64,000 bases of DNA from an uncultured Actinomycetes bacterium (GCA_963833555.1 CAWHYB010000007.1:388739-452738), one strand, 5' to 3'. Positions 29,179 to 38,152 are shown, counted from the stretch's first letter. Program-made: numbers and translations. Notes: a model not told the origin generated them from the letters alone.

Positions 29179-30171
29179 TCAGCTGTAGCGGTCGACCACC
29201 GAGCCGGCCAGCTCGTCGAGCAGCTCGCGCTCGACGCCGCCCGGACAGTCGGCCAGCCGGCTGCGGGCCTCGTCCATGAACGCCAGCGCGGTCTCGCGGG
29301 CGCGTTCGATCGCACCGCTCGGCCAGCACATCGTCGACGACCACGCCGCGAGACAGGTCTCGTCGTCGCGGCAGCGCGGCCAGGCGCGGCCCGATGTCGG
29401 GCCGCGCCTCGAGCGCCAGCACGATCGGCAGCGTCACCGTGCCGTCGCGCAGGTCGGCGCCGCGCCGCTTGCCGGTACGCGCCTCGTCGCCGGTCAGGTC
29501 GAGGATGTCGTCGAAGATCTGAAACGCCAGGCCGAGCGAGTCGCCGAAGGCCCCGAGCGCCGTCGACCGTCTCGTCGGCTCAGCCCGGTGAGCAGCGCGC
29601 CGAGCCGGCAGGCGGCCGCGAAGAGGTCGGCCGTCTTGAGCCGGCAGCGCCGCAGGTAGTCGTCGACGGTGACGCGTCGTGCGAAAGGCGTCGCCGGCCT
29701 GCAGCCGCTCGCCCTCGGAGAGGCCCCAGGCGACCTCGGCTGAGCAGCGCCACGGCAGGCGCGTCGCCCGTGCCGGCGAGCTCGGCGAAGGCCGCGCGAG
29801 CAGGTAGTTGCCGGTCGACGACGGCCATCTCGTCGCCGTAAGCGCGGGCGACGGTCGGCCGGCCGCGGCGCAGCTCGGCGCCGTCGAGCACGTCGTCGTG
29901 GACGAGCGTCGCCATGTGCAGCAGCTCGACCGCGGCGGCGGCGCGCAACACCGGCCCGTCGAGCGGGCCGGTGTCGCGCGCCGCCAGCAGCACGAGCAGC
30001 GGCCGCAGGCGCTTGCCGCCGGCGGTGAGCGTCGAGGCGGCCGGCCTCGCAGAGCCGCCCGGGCATCGACTCGACGACGCTGCCGAGGCGCTCCTCGACT
30101 GCGGCGAGGCCGCCGGCGACGCGGTTGCGCTGTGCGGCCGAGCGCCAGGAGAGGATGTCTGCCGGCTTCAC
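29179..30171 (-). CDS. polyprenyl diphosphate synthase (trans-IPPS, HepT/IspB-like); frame-interrupted
   Basis: First DDxxD ([18 protein letters not shown]) and second motif ([20 protein letters not shown]). GTG 30171 overlaps the menG stop. Confidence 0.75.
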
Positions 30172-30989
30172 GACCGCGCCGTCGCAGGCCGTCCACGGGC
30201 TGCCACGGGCGCATCGCCGACGTGCAGCGCCATGGCGCCGAAGCCGAAGCGCCGATAGCGCACGTTCCGCAGGCCGGCGCGCGCGCATCACGGCCGCCAG
30301 GCCCGTCGGCGTCGGGGAACGAGCGGACCGAGGCCGGCAGATACGCGTAGGCGCTCGGCGTCGCCGGCGACCAGGGCGCCCAGGGCGGCACGACCACGCT
30401 CGAACCAGATGGCGTGGAAGCGCCGGCCGAAGGCGCCGGCGCGGCGTCGTCGCCTCGAGACAGACGACGCGCGCCCCCGGGCGCAGCCACGCGCGACCAT
30501 CTCGGCGAAGGCGCGGTCGAGGTCGGCGACGTTGCGCACGCCCCAGCCGACCGTCACGGCGCCGAAGGTCGCGTCGGCGAAGGGCAGCGCGAGCAGGTCG
30601 CCGGCGAACGAAGCGTACGGCAGCGCCCCGCGACGGCGCGGGCGGCCTTGGCGCGCGCCCGCGCGAGCATCGCCGCGCTGAAGTCGAGCCCGGTGACGGC
30701 GCGCGGCGGGATAGCGGCGCGCGCAGCGCCAGCGTGAGATCGCCGGTGCCGCAGCAGGCGTCGAGCAGCGCTGTGCGCCGGCGGCGGCGCGGCGGCGACG
30801 CGCCGCCGCCGCGCGCCAGCGGCGGTCGAGCCCGGCCGTCATCAGCCGGTTCATGAGGTCGTAGCGCGGCACGATGCGGTCGAACATCGCGGCGATGCGC
30901 TCGGGGTCGCGATCGGGCTGGGTCGCGCGACCATCCGTCGCCGTCGCCGTCGCCCTCCGCAGACCCGGGGGGCGATGGACATCGGTCAC
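30168..30989 (-). CDS. menG: demethylmenaquinone methyltransferase (UbiE/MenG); frame-interrupted
   Basis: MFDRIVPRYDLMNRLMTAGLDRRWR, LLDACCGTGDL, FGAVTVGWGVRNV and the GAMALHVG ending. GTG 30989 overlaps the ubiX stop. Confidence 0.75.
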
Positions 30990-31593
30990 TGCGGACCCTC
31001 CCACGGCGGCGAGAGGCGCTGCTCGAAGCCGAGCGCCGCACAGCACCTTGCCGACCACGAAGTCGACGACGTCGTCGAGCGTCCGCGGGCGCGTGTAGAA
31101 GCCCGGCATGGGCGGCACGATCAGCGCGCCCGCGCGGCGCGCCTCGAGCAGGCGCTTCAGGTGGATCTCGAGAGCGGCGTCTCGCGCGGCACCAGCACGA
31201 GCGGGCGGCCCTCCTTGAGCGCGACGTCGCCGGCGCGGTGGATGAGCGTGCGCGTCGTGCCCAGCGCGATGTGGGCGACGCGTCGACAGCGAGCACGGGC
31301 AGACGACCGCGGCGTCGGGGAAGTTGCTGCCGCTGGCGACCGGCGCCTCGAGGTCGTCGGGGGCGAAGACGCGCGCCTCGGCGCGGGCGGCGGCGAGGAA
31401 CGCCGCCGTCACCTCGGCGCGCTCCGCCAGCGCCGAGCTCGAGCTCGTGGCGCAGCACGGCGAGGCCCATGTCGGAGACGCAGAGCGAGAGCTCGCAGCC
31501 GCGCCGCCGCGAGCGCTCGACGAGCCGCAGCGCGTACGGGGCGCCGCTGGCGCCGGTGACGCCGACGAACAAGCTGGCGGGTGGTGCGATCAC
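30986..31593 (-). CDS. ubiX: flavin prenyltransferase UbiX; frame-interrupted
   Basis: N-terminus [17 protein letters not shown]; [24 protein letters not shown]; C-terminus [13 protein letters not shown] recovered after a 1-nt shift. Confidence 0.75.
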
Positions 31594-31654
31594 GAGACTC
31601 CTTCGATGGCGTCGGCACCCGGCGCCGCCGCGAGCGGCCGCCGGAAGACTCCCG

Positions 31655-32931
31655 CTAGTCTACCGCTCGCGCGACGGCCCCATGTGGGACCGACTGCGTT
31701 GACGAGCGCCGGAGCCGCGCCACGACCGCAGGCCCGGCGCAGCGGCCAAGCTGCCGCTCGTCAGTGTGGCGGACTGCCCGGCTGTGTGGCAGTCGCCGCC
31801 GTAGCAGCTCGCCGCGCCGCCGTCGTTGTTGCCGTGGCACTTCACGCAGACCGCGCCCTCGCGCGCGGCGTACACGAAGTGGCTGGCGATGAACGCGGCC
31901 GGGTGCGGCAGCACGACGCCGTGGCACTGCACGCAGCTGTCCGCGCCGTGGCACTTGCTGCAGAGCGCGGGATCGCTGCGTCGCGGTGGTCGGGTGCGAG
32001 GCAAGCCAGCCGGCCGGGTGCGGCATCGGGAGGCCGTGGCAGTCGATGCAGAACTTTGGGTCCTTGTCGGTGTGACACGAGGCGCAGATCTGCGCGCCTC
32101 GCTGCACGACCAGCGGGCCGTGGGACTGCGTCCAGCCCGGCGGGGTGCGGCATCGTGAGGCCGTTGTGGCACTTGGCGCAGAAGCTGCTGCGTGTGGCAC
32201 TGACGGCAGTTCGCCGGCTGGTCCATGTGCACGGTCGATGGTGATCTGCGCGGTGCCCGGCGGGCACGCCGTTGACGTGGCAGATCGAGCAGCGCTGCGG
32301 CTGGATGACGCCGTTGTGGCACTGCGCGCAGATCGACATGATCGACTGCGTGCGGCCGCGAGCCGACCGGGATCGCGGCGCCGTGGGCGACCTCGGCGTG
32401 GCAGGTCACGCACTGGAAGCCGGCCTCGCGCAGGCCCTTGTGGTTGACGCGGATGTTGCCGACGATCGATGTCGCTTCTCGATCTGGCTCTTGGGGTGAC
32501 ACTGCACGCAGTTCTCGACGCCGACGTAGGTGGTGATGCGGCCTTCTGGTAGTCGCCCCGAGATGTACTCGACGATGTGGGTCGGCCGACTGCAGGTTGC
32601 GGATGAAGTAGTTGAAGACGCCCGGCTTGGTGTGGCAGTCCTGACAGCCGACTCCCGGCCGATGGTGTTCAGACGTCTTGAACGAGGCGACCTCCTTCTT
32701 GATCACGTGACACCAGCCGCACGTGCGCGTTGTTGTTGACGACCGCGAAGCCGATCGGTGACCAGGACGAGGAGCGACGCACGACGGCCGGCGATCATGC
32801 CGAGCAGCCAGGCCCGCGGTCGATGCGGATGGCCGCATCGGCCCGCGGCGTGCGGGCCGCATCCGCCGCGCGCCTCGTCGGGCGGCGCGGCCGGCACGTG
32901 TGGCTGGCTGGTCGTCGGGTCGTCGGCTCAT
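31655..32931 (-). CDS. membrane-anchored NapC/NirT-like multihaem cytochrome c, 13 CXXCH + 1 CX4CH; frame-interrupted
   Basis: N-terminal hydrophobic anchor, then CGWCH, CQDCH, CVQCH, CVTCH, CAQCH, CSICH, CRQCH, CAKCH, CASCH, CIDCH, CSKCH, CVQCH, CVKCH and CYGGDCH. I confirmed 14 CH codon pairs on the plus strand. ATG 32931 lies 3 nt after the upstream stop. Confidence 0.75.
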
Positions 32932-32934
32932 GAC

Positions 32935-33982
32935 CTAGAGCGCGCGGTGAGGATCGAGGGTGACGGCGTCGCGGCGTCGGCGTCCACTGCGGCACGCCTG
33001 CCGGTCGAGGAAGTCGTGCGCCTGCGGGCTGCCCGACTGGTGGGCCGGTGGCACGCCTGGCAGTTGGCCTGGTCGTGGCAGTTGAGGCAGCTCGTCGACG
33101 AGGCGGCGGCCGCTTACGGCGCGTGCTCCAGCCAGTCGGCCGGGTGCGGCAGCGGCACCCGGTGACAGCCGTCGCAGTATGGCGGCTCGTCGTGGCACTG
33201 CGTGCACGACTTGAGCGCCGAGCTTCAGCGCGCTGGCTGCCGTGTGCGCGTGAGCCAGTCGTCGGCGTGCGGCATGACGACGCCGCGATGACAGTCGACG
33301 CAGTCCGGCGGCGATCCGGGGACACCAGCCGGTGACCGCACCGCCCGGTCGCGGGTGGCAGGCGCTGCAGGTCGACAGGATGCCGTTCGGTGCCGTGGGT
33401 CTTGAGCCAGTCGGCCGTGTGACGTGCTGGGCCTGGCGCCCGCCGCGCGGCGCTGACGTGACAGAGGTCGCAGCGGCTGACGCGCGACCGTGCCGTCGGC
33501 CGCGCGGTAGTGGTTGTTGTGACACACCAGGCACTTGTCCATGGTCGGGTAGCGTCCGCGAGCCCGGCCGGGCACGGCGTCGCCGTGGGCGACCGTCGAG
33601 TGGCAGGTCGATGCACTGGTAGCCGGCCTCGATCAGGTGCTTGTGGTTCACGTTGATGCCGTTCTTGGAGATCGTCGGGAACAGCTTGCGTCGGTGTGGC
33701 AGCGCCGGCACGACGCGTTGACGCACCGTGCCGAGGATCGGGGTCTCGTAGTCGCCGGTGATCTGCTTGACGGGCTCCTGCAGCGCCTCGAGCTTGGCGG
33801 TCAGGAAGAAGAACGGACCCGGCTGCGATGGCACTGCTCGCAGTTGACGCCGCTGTGTGCACGACTGTGCTGGTACGCCGACGACGCTCGGCCTTCATGT
33901 TGTGGCAAAGCCCGCAGAAGGCGGTCGTCGAGGTGGCGACCAGCGCGACGCCCGTGACCACGACGAACGCCGTGACGACCAC
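32935..33982 (-). CDS. membrane-anchored NapC/NirT-like multihaem cytochrome c, 12 CXXCH; frame-interrupted
   Basis: TM (AIVVVTAFVVVTGVALVA), then CGLCH, CEQCH, CRRCH, CIDCH, CLVCH, CDLCH, CSACH, CVDCH, CTQCH, CDGCH, CLNCH, CQACH. The true start is probably a little upstream (to about 34010) after a frame change. Confidence 0.7.
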
Positions 33983-34041
33983 GATCGCTGACGATGAGCA
34001 GGCGTCGTGTCAGATGAAGGTTCAGCTTCGCTCCCGCTCCA

Positions 34042-35229
34042 CTAGTTGATCAGTCCACCGGCAGTGGGGAAGGCGTTGTGCACGGCGCTCCTGTGGCAGA
34101 GCAGGCAGGGCAAGCCGACGGCATGGGCCGTGGCCGAGCCGTGGCAGCGCACGCAGCTCGAGCTTGACGGAACGATCTTGCGTCCGTGGAACGCGCTGCC
34201 GTGGCAGGTACCACACGTGAGCCCGCTACCGCGGCCGCTGGCATGCACCTGGAGCGCGTGGCAACGCCGGCAAGCGACCGCCGCATGGGTGACCCGCCGG
34301 GAGTGGACGATGGCGTTGCCCGCGGCCGCGTTGGTGCCGCGGTGGCAACTCGCGCATTTCGTGGCAGGGATGCGCCAGGTCGCGTGCGACATCGTGTGGC
34401 ACTTGGTGCAGGCCGGGAAGCCGGGACTACGCGTCACGCCGTGGTGGAACTGCTTGGCCTTGGTGTGACAGGTCGTGCAGGCAACGCGCCCGGCGTGCTT
34501 CTGCAGCCCCGTGTGGCAGGTCGTGCAGGCCCCGACCGCCGGACTCGTGGTGTGGACCGTCTCGCGCTGGAAGATGCCGGTCGCGCTGTGACAGTCGGTG
34601 CACGTATTCGTGCCGTAGGTCTTCGCCGCGTGGCACTTGTTGCAGGTCGCCGGCTGCACGGGGATGTCCATGCCGTTGTGGCAGGACGTGCACGCTGGCT
34701 TGACCGAGTCATGATTGGCCTTCTGCGAAGCCAGCGTGCCGTTGTGACAGTCCTGGCAAGCCGGTGCCGTGAGCGTCATGCCCGCGTGGTGGGGGCTGCC
34801 GTCGGGAGAGCTGAACCCCGTGCTCACACCATGGCACGTGGTGCACGGTGCGAAGTCGGCGCCGAGATGAGGTGTAGCACCGTGGCTGAACTCGATCGAG
34901 TAAGCCCGCTGGCTCTCGTTCCAGAGGTGACAGGTGCTCGAACAGCCTGCGCTCGTGCGCCACGCGGACGTGTCTTGGCCGGGCTGATGGCAGCTCCAGC
35001 AGGTGTCACCCGGCACCGACTTGAAGTCGCTGCCGTGACAGGCCGTGCACGACGCGTCGCTGGGGCCGGTAGCGTGGCAGTCACTGCAGGCGGTGGCGCC
35101 GTCGTGCTCCCAGGTGGTGAAGGCGTGCGCGGGCGCGGCGGTGAGCGCGCTCACCGCCGCGCCCGCGCACAGCAGCGCAAGCATGGCGACAAGCAGCGGC
35201 ACGCGACCGGCGAGGATCCTGCTGGTCAT
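34042..35229 (-). CDS. secreted multihaem cytochrome c, 16 CXXCH + 1 CX3CH in 395 aa
   Basis: Uninterrupted ORF segment with SD GAGGGGG 7 nt before ATG 35229. Sec signal peptide ending AAPAHA. Motifs were counted directly in the translation. Confidence 0.85.
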   Translation of the reverse strand: MTSRILAGRVPLLVAMLALLCAGAAVSALTAAPAHAFTTWEHDGATACSDCHATGPSDASCTACHGSDFKSVPGDTCWSCHQPGQDTSAWRTSAGCSSTCHLWNESQRAYSIEFSHGATPHLGADFAPCTTCHGVSTGFSSPDGSPHHAGMTLTAPACQDCHNGTLASQKANHDSVKPACTSCHNGMDIPVQPATCNKCHAAKTYGTNTCTDCHSATGIFQRETVHTTSPAVGACTTCHTGLQKHAGRVACTTCHTKAKQFHHGVTRSPGFPACTKCHTMSHATWRIPATKCASCHRGTNAAAGNAIVHSRRVTHAAVACRRCHALQVHASGRGSGLTCGTCHGSAFHGRKIVPSSSSCVRCHGSATAHAVGLPCLLCHRSAVHNAFPTAGGLIN

Positions 35230-35291
35230 CGGGGAACCCCCTCGTAGACGGCAGACAAGCGCCACTCTACCAAGTCCTTTACGCCGGAGCA

Positions 35292-36188
35292 TCACAGCGA
35301 GATCGCCACCGACCAGACGATGAAGGCCGCAAGCGCCAGCGCCGCCAGGATCGCGACGAAGGTGATGACCCACGACACGACGTTGCCCACGATCGCGCCG
35401 CGCCCGCTGGGCGCCAGGACGATGGCCTCGTCGAGGGTCCCCTCGCGGATCCGGTTGGCGTATTCCAGTGGCCGCTCGAGACGGTAGTGATCGACCGGGA
35501 TCGAGCCGGTGAAGATGACCTTGTCGATGGGGAACGAGCCGGGCCGCCCGTGAGCGCTGAACAGGTGCACGAAGATGAAGATCACGCCCATCGCCAGCAG
35601 CGCCTCGTTGGAGTGGATCACGAGCGCGATGTTCAGGGCGATGCCCGGAAGGAACTTCGTCGTGGTCACAGGGAACCACATCATGAAGCCGGTCGCGCCG
35701 ATGATCACCGTGCCCGCCATCATCGACCAGAAGTCGAACTTCTCCCAGTACGTGAAGCGGTTGAACTGGGGGAACGGGCCCCTGCCGAAGAACCACCGGA
35801 ACATGCCGATGATGTCCAGCGCGTCCTTCTTGCTGGGCACGATCGAATCCGGGCCGAAGATCCGGCCGCGGACCTTGACCACGTGCACGCCCATGTAGCC
35901 GAGCTCAAGCAAGAAGTAGAGGATCGTGACGAGGGCCGCCAGACGATGCAGCACGCCGGCCGCCGTGACGCCGCCGATGGCGCCCATCACCCAGTGCGCC
36001 CAAGCGGCGTCCTTGTACTTGAGCGGCATGCCGGTGAACACGAGCACGGTGAAACTCGAGAGCGCCAAGAAATGCATCCAGCGATGGAACGCGTTGAAGC
36101 GCCGGTAGTGCAATCTCTCGTGCTGCTGTTTGTCAGTGCGACTTGTCGTAGAGACCTTGTCTACGACCGCGCCAGAAGTAGAGGACAC
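35292..36188 (-). CDS. FdnI/HydC-like (Ni/Fe-hydrogenase b-type cytochrome family) membrane cytochrome b
   Basis: RFNAFHRWMHFLALSSFTVLVFTG opening typical of PF01292-type cytochromes b. Further histidines lie in predicted helices (LHRLAAL, VIHSNEA, FVHLFSAH), and there are 5-6 TM helices. GTG 36188 has a GGAGGAG SD 6 nt upstream; the ORF is open to TTG 36215. Confidence 0.75.
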   Translation of the reverse strand: MSSTSGAVVDKVSTTSRTDKQQHERLHYRRFNAFHRWMHFLALSSFTVLVFTGMPLKYKDAAWAHWVMGAIGGVTAAGVLHRLAALVTILYFLLELGYMGVHVVKVRGRIFGPDSIVPSKKDALDIIGMFRWFFGRGPFPQFNRFTYWEKFDFWSMMAGTVIIGATGFMMWFPVTTTKFLPGIALNIALVIHSNEALLAMGVIFIFVHLFSAHGRPGSFPIDKVIFTGSIPVDHYRLERPLEYANRIREGTLDEAIVLAPSGRGAIVGNVVSWVITFVAILAALALAAFIVWSVAISL

Positions 36189-37008
36189 TGTGCACTCCTC
36201 CGAAGGTGAAGACAACGGCGATGAGCAGGACGTAGAACATGTACACGAGGAACACCGGGATCGACGATCGCGGTGACGTCGCGTTCACGTGGACGAGGTA
36301 GCTCGCGAATGCGGCGTTCGCGCCGGGATGGCATTTCGCGCAGGTCGCGACGATGTGCTGCTTTGAGATCGGTGCTGCGTGGGTCCGACGGCGGCAGGAT
36401 CTTGATGCGCACCGTGGCAGTCGTAGCAGGTGGCCGCGCCCACCCGACCCAGCTCGAAAGCCTTGCCGTGGTACGTGTCAAGGAAGGTCGCCGCGTGGCC
36501 GCCGTGACAGCCTTCGCAACGCGCCGTCACCTGCTCGCGGAATCGGCGGGTCGTCACGTCGACGACGGCATGCGCATCGTGGCAATCGCCACAGGTCGGC
36601 ACCTTGCCGAACTCGCCCGGCTTCAGCACAAGTCTGCCGTGGAACGAGCCGCGGTACATCGTGCCCTGCTGAGCGTGACAGTCGCCGCACGCGGTGAGCG
36701 AGGCCTGTTCGAACCATCCGCTGGTCTCTTGGGAAGTGTGCTGTCGCGACTGGAAGCCCACATGACAGCTCGTGCAGTCGAGCAGCGAGTGCAAAGAATG
36801 ATCCCAAGCGCTCGTGTCGAGGGCGATGCTCTTCGGTCACGCCGTTCACGTCGACTTGACCTTTCGCGCCAGGCCCATGACACGCGAGACAGCGGTCATT
36901 GTCACGGTTGGCCTGCGCGCCGGCGCTCGTGGGCAGGGCTGCGGTTGCGAGCGCGACCGTGATGACAAGCGCAAGCGCCAGCCGTGCAGGCGCGCGGCTC
37001 GACAACAT
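36133..37008 (-). CDS. multihaem cytochrome c, 7 CXXCH, signal peptide and C-terminal TM helix; frame-interrupted
   Basis: MLSSRAPARLALALVITVALATAALPTSAGA, then CLACH, CTSCH, CGDCH, CGDCH, CEGCH, CYDCH, CAKCH. The C-terminal helix is IPVFLVYMFYVLLIAVVFTFGGV. Confidence 0.7.
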
Positions 37009-37034
37009 CCTGGCTTGTCTGGCTACTGAGCCGA

Positions 37035-38061
37035 TCACGGTGTCGTCACCCCCAGGCGGGCATGGCAGCCGCTGCACATCGTCTGCGGGTGACAGACGAG
37101 GCACGACGCGGTGCCCTTGATGGCGACGGCGCCGTGGGTGGTGCTGCCAGTCGGCGGGATGATCGACCTGGTGGCACTGGTGGCAGAAGGTCTGCTCGCT
37201 ATGACAGCCCTGGCACGAGACGCCGTCGGCCGTCGCGGCCGGTCCGTGGCTATAGCGCCAGTCGCCGGCGAAGTGACTGGCCGGTGGCCGCGCGTGGCAG
37301 GCGTCACAGAAAGCGGCCTTGTCGTGGTGGCAGCGCAGGCAGTCGCTCTCATGGGTGAGCGCCTGGATGCCGTGTGTCTTCAGGAAGTCAGCGGGATGGA
37401 CGTTGCTCGGCGGCGGTGTGGCGTGGCAGGTGGTGCACTGGTTCGGCGCGGCCTGGCCGTTGTGGCACATGGAGCAGACGGTCATCGAGACTGTCGCGTT
37501 CGACTGACCGGGCGTGGCGTGAGAGACCTGGTTGTGGCAGTCGGCGCACTGCAGGTTGTGCATCGTGACATGCGACTGGTGGGGGATCTTGATGCCGTTG
37601 ATGACCGGCGGGAAGTTGCTCAGCTGGTGGCACTGCTCGCAGGCGGCGTCGGTCGGCTTGTGGACGCTCGCTGCCATGTCGGTGCCGGCGCTCAGGTAGG
37701 AGGCCCAGATGTTCTTGCCCTCCTGCAACCGCCAGACGATGCCGTTGATGAGGCCCGGCTCGACGTGACACTTCACACAGGACACGTCGGCGTGCACCGA
37801 GTGTTGCCAGGTGCTGCCGGCGGTCTTCATCTCGTGACACGATGTGCAGTAGCCGGACGTCGAAGTCAGCCGGACGGGGATGTAGAAGACGATCATCACC
37901 ACCGCGAGGACGCCTACCGCAGCAAGTGCGGTCAGCCACCAAGGGATGCTGCGACGAACCGGCGGGGTGCGCGTAGGCGGCGCCGGCGGTGTAGCCGGCG
38001 CCGCAGGCGTGTCGTGGCCGGACGCGTGATCCGGCTCGCGGCTGTCGCCTTCGGCTGCCAT
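37035..38061 (-). CDS. membrane-anchored NapC/NirT-like multihaem cytochrome c, 12 CXXCH; one frame change near 37135
   Basis: TM (WWLTALAAVGVLAVVMIVFYI), then CTSCH, CVKCH, CEQCH, CADCH, CSMCH, CTTCH, CLRCH, CDACH, CQGCH, CHQCH, CLVCH, CSGCH. The ORF is open to GTG 38103. Confidence 0.8.
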
Positions 38062-38116
38062 GCGCTGTGAGCCCCCTGACTCCTGTCCCTCCCCGAACAG
38101 CACTACAGTCCGAGGC

Positions 38117-38134
38117 TTGTGACGAGTGTATCAA
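38117..38134. promoter_or_regulatory. Rex-operator-like site TTGTGAC-GAGT-GTATCAA overlapping the -10 box
   Basis: Matches 10 of 14 positions of the TTGTGAA-N4-TTCACAA consensus (one half 6/7, the other 4/7). A rex gene is encoded 3.6 kb upstream on the same strand. Confidence 0.25.
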
Positions 38135-38152
38135 TCGTCAAAAGAGTGTCAA
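38125..38152 (-). promoter_or_regulatory. sigma70-like promoter candidate for the cytochrome module (TTGACA-N16-TACACT on minus strand)
   Basis: TGTCAA at 38147-38152 and AGTGTA at 38125-38130 on the plus strand. It lies in the 157-nt gap between the prenyltransferase stop and the first cytochrome gene. Confidence 0.4.

Noticed and set aside
29494-31593. 699-aa minus-strand ORF apparently spanning ubiX to the polyprenyl synthase
   Set aside because: Only its first roughly 50 residues (UbiX N-terminus) and some short stretches are in a meaningful frame. The rest is Arg/Pro-rich out-of-frame read-through, possible because stop codons are rare in GC-rich DNA. The ORFs 1..843, 24631..26604, 27052..28617 and 39924..41735 are similar chimeras.
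31655-38103. Interpreting the cytochrome cluster as a nitrite reductase (Nrf), hydroxylamine oxidoreductase or Alternative Complex III
   Set aside because: The translations I read contain no CXXCK active-site haem motif. I saw no HAO-like large catalytic subunit, no molybdopterin-like/FeS ActB-type protein and no polytopic ActC/ActF-type subunit.
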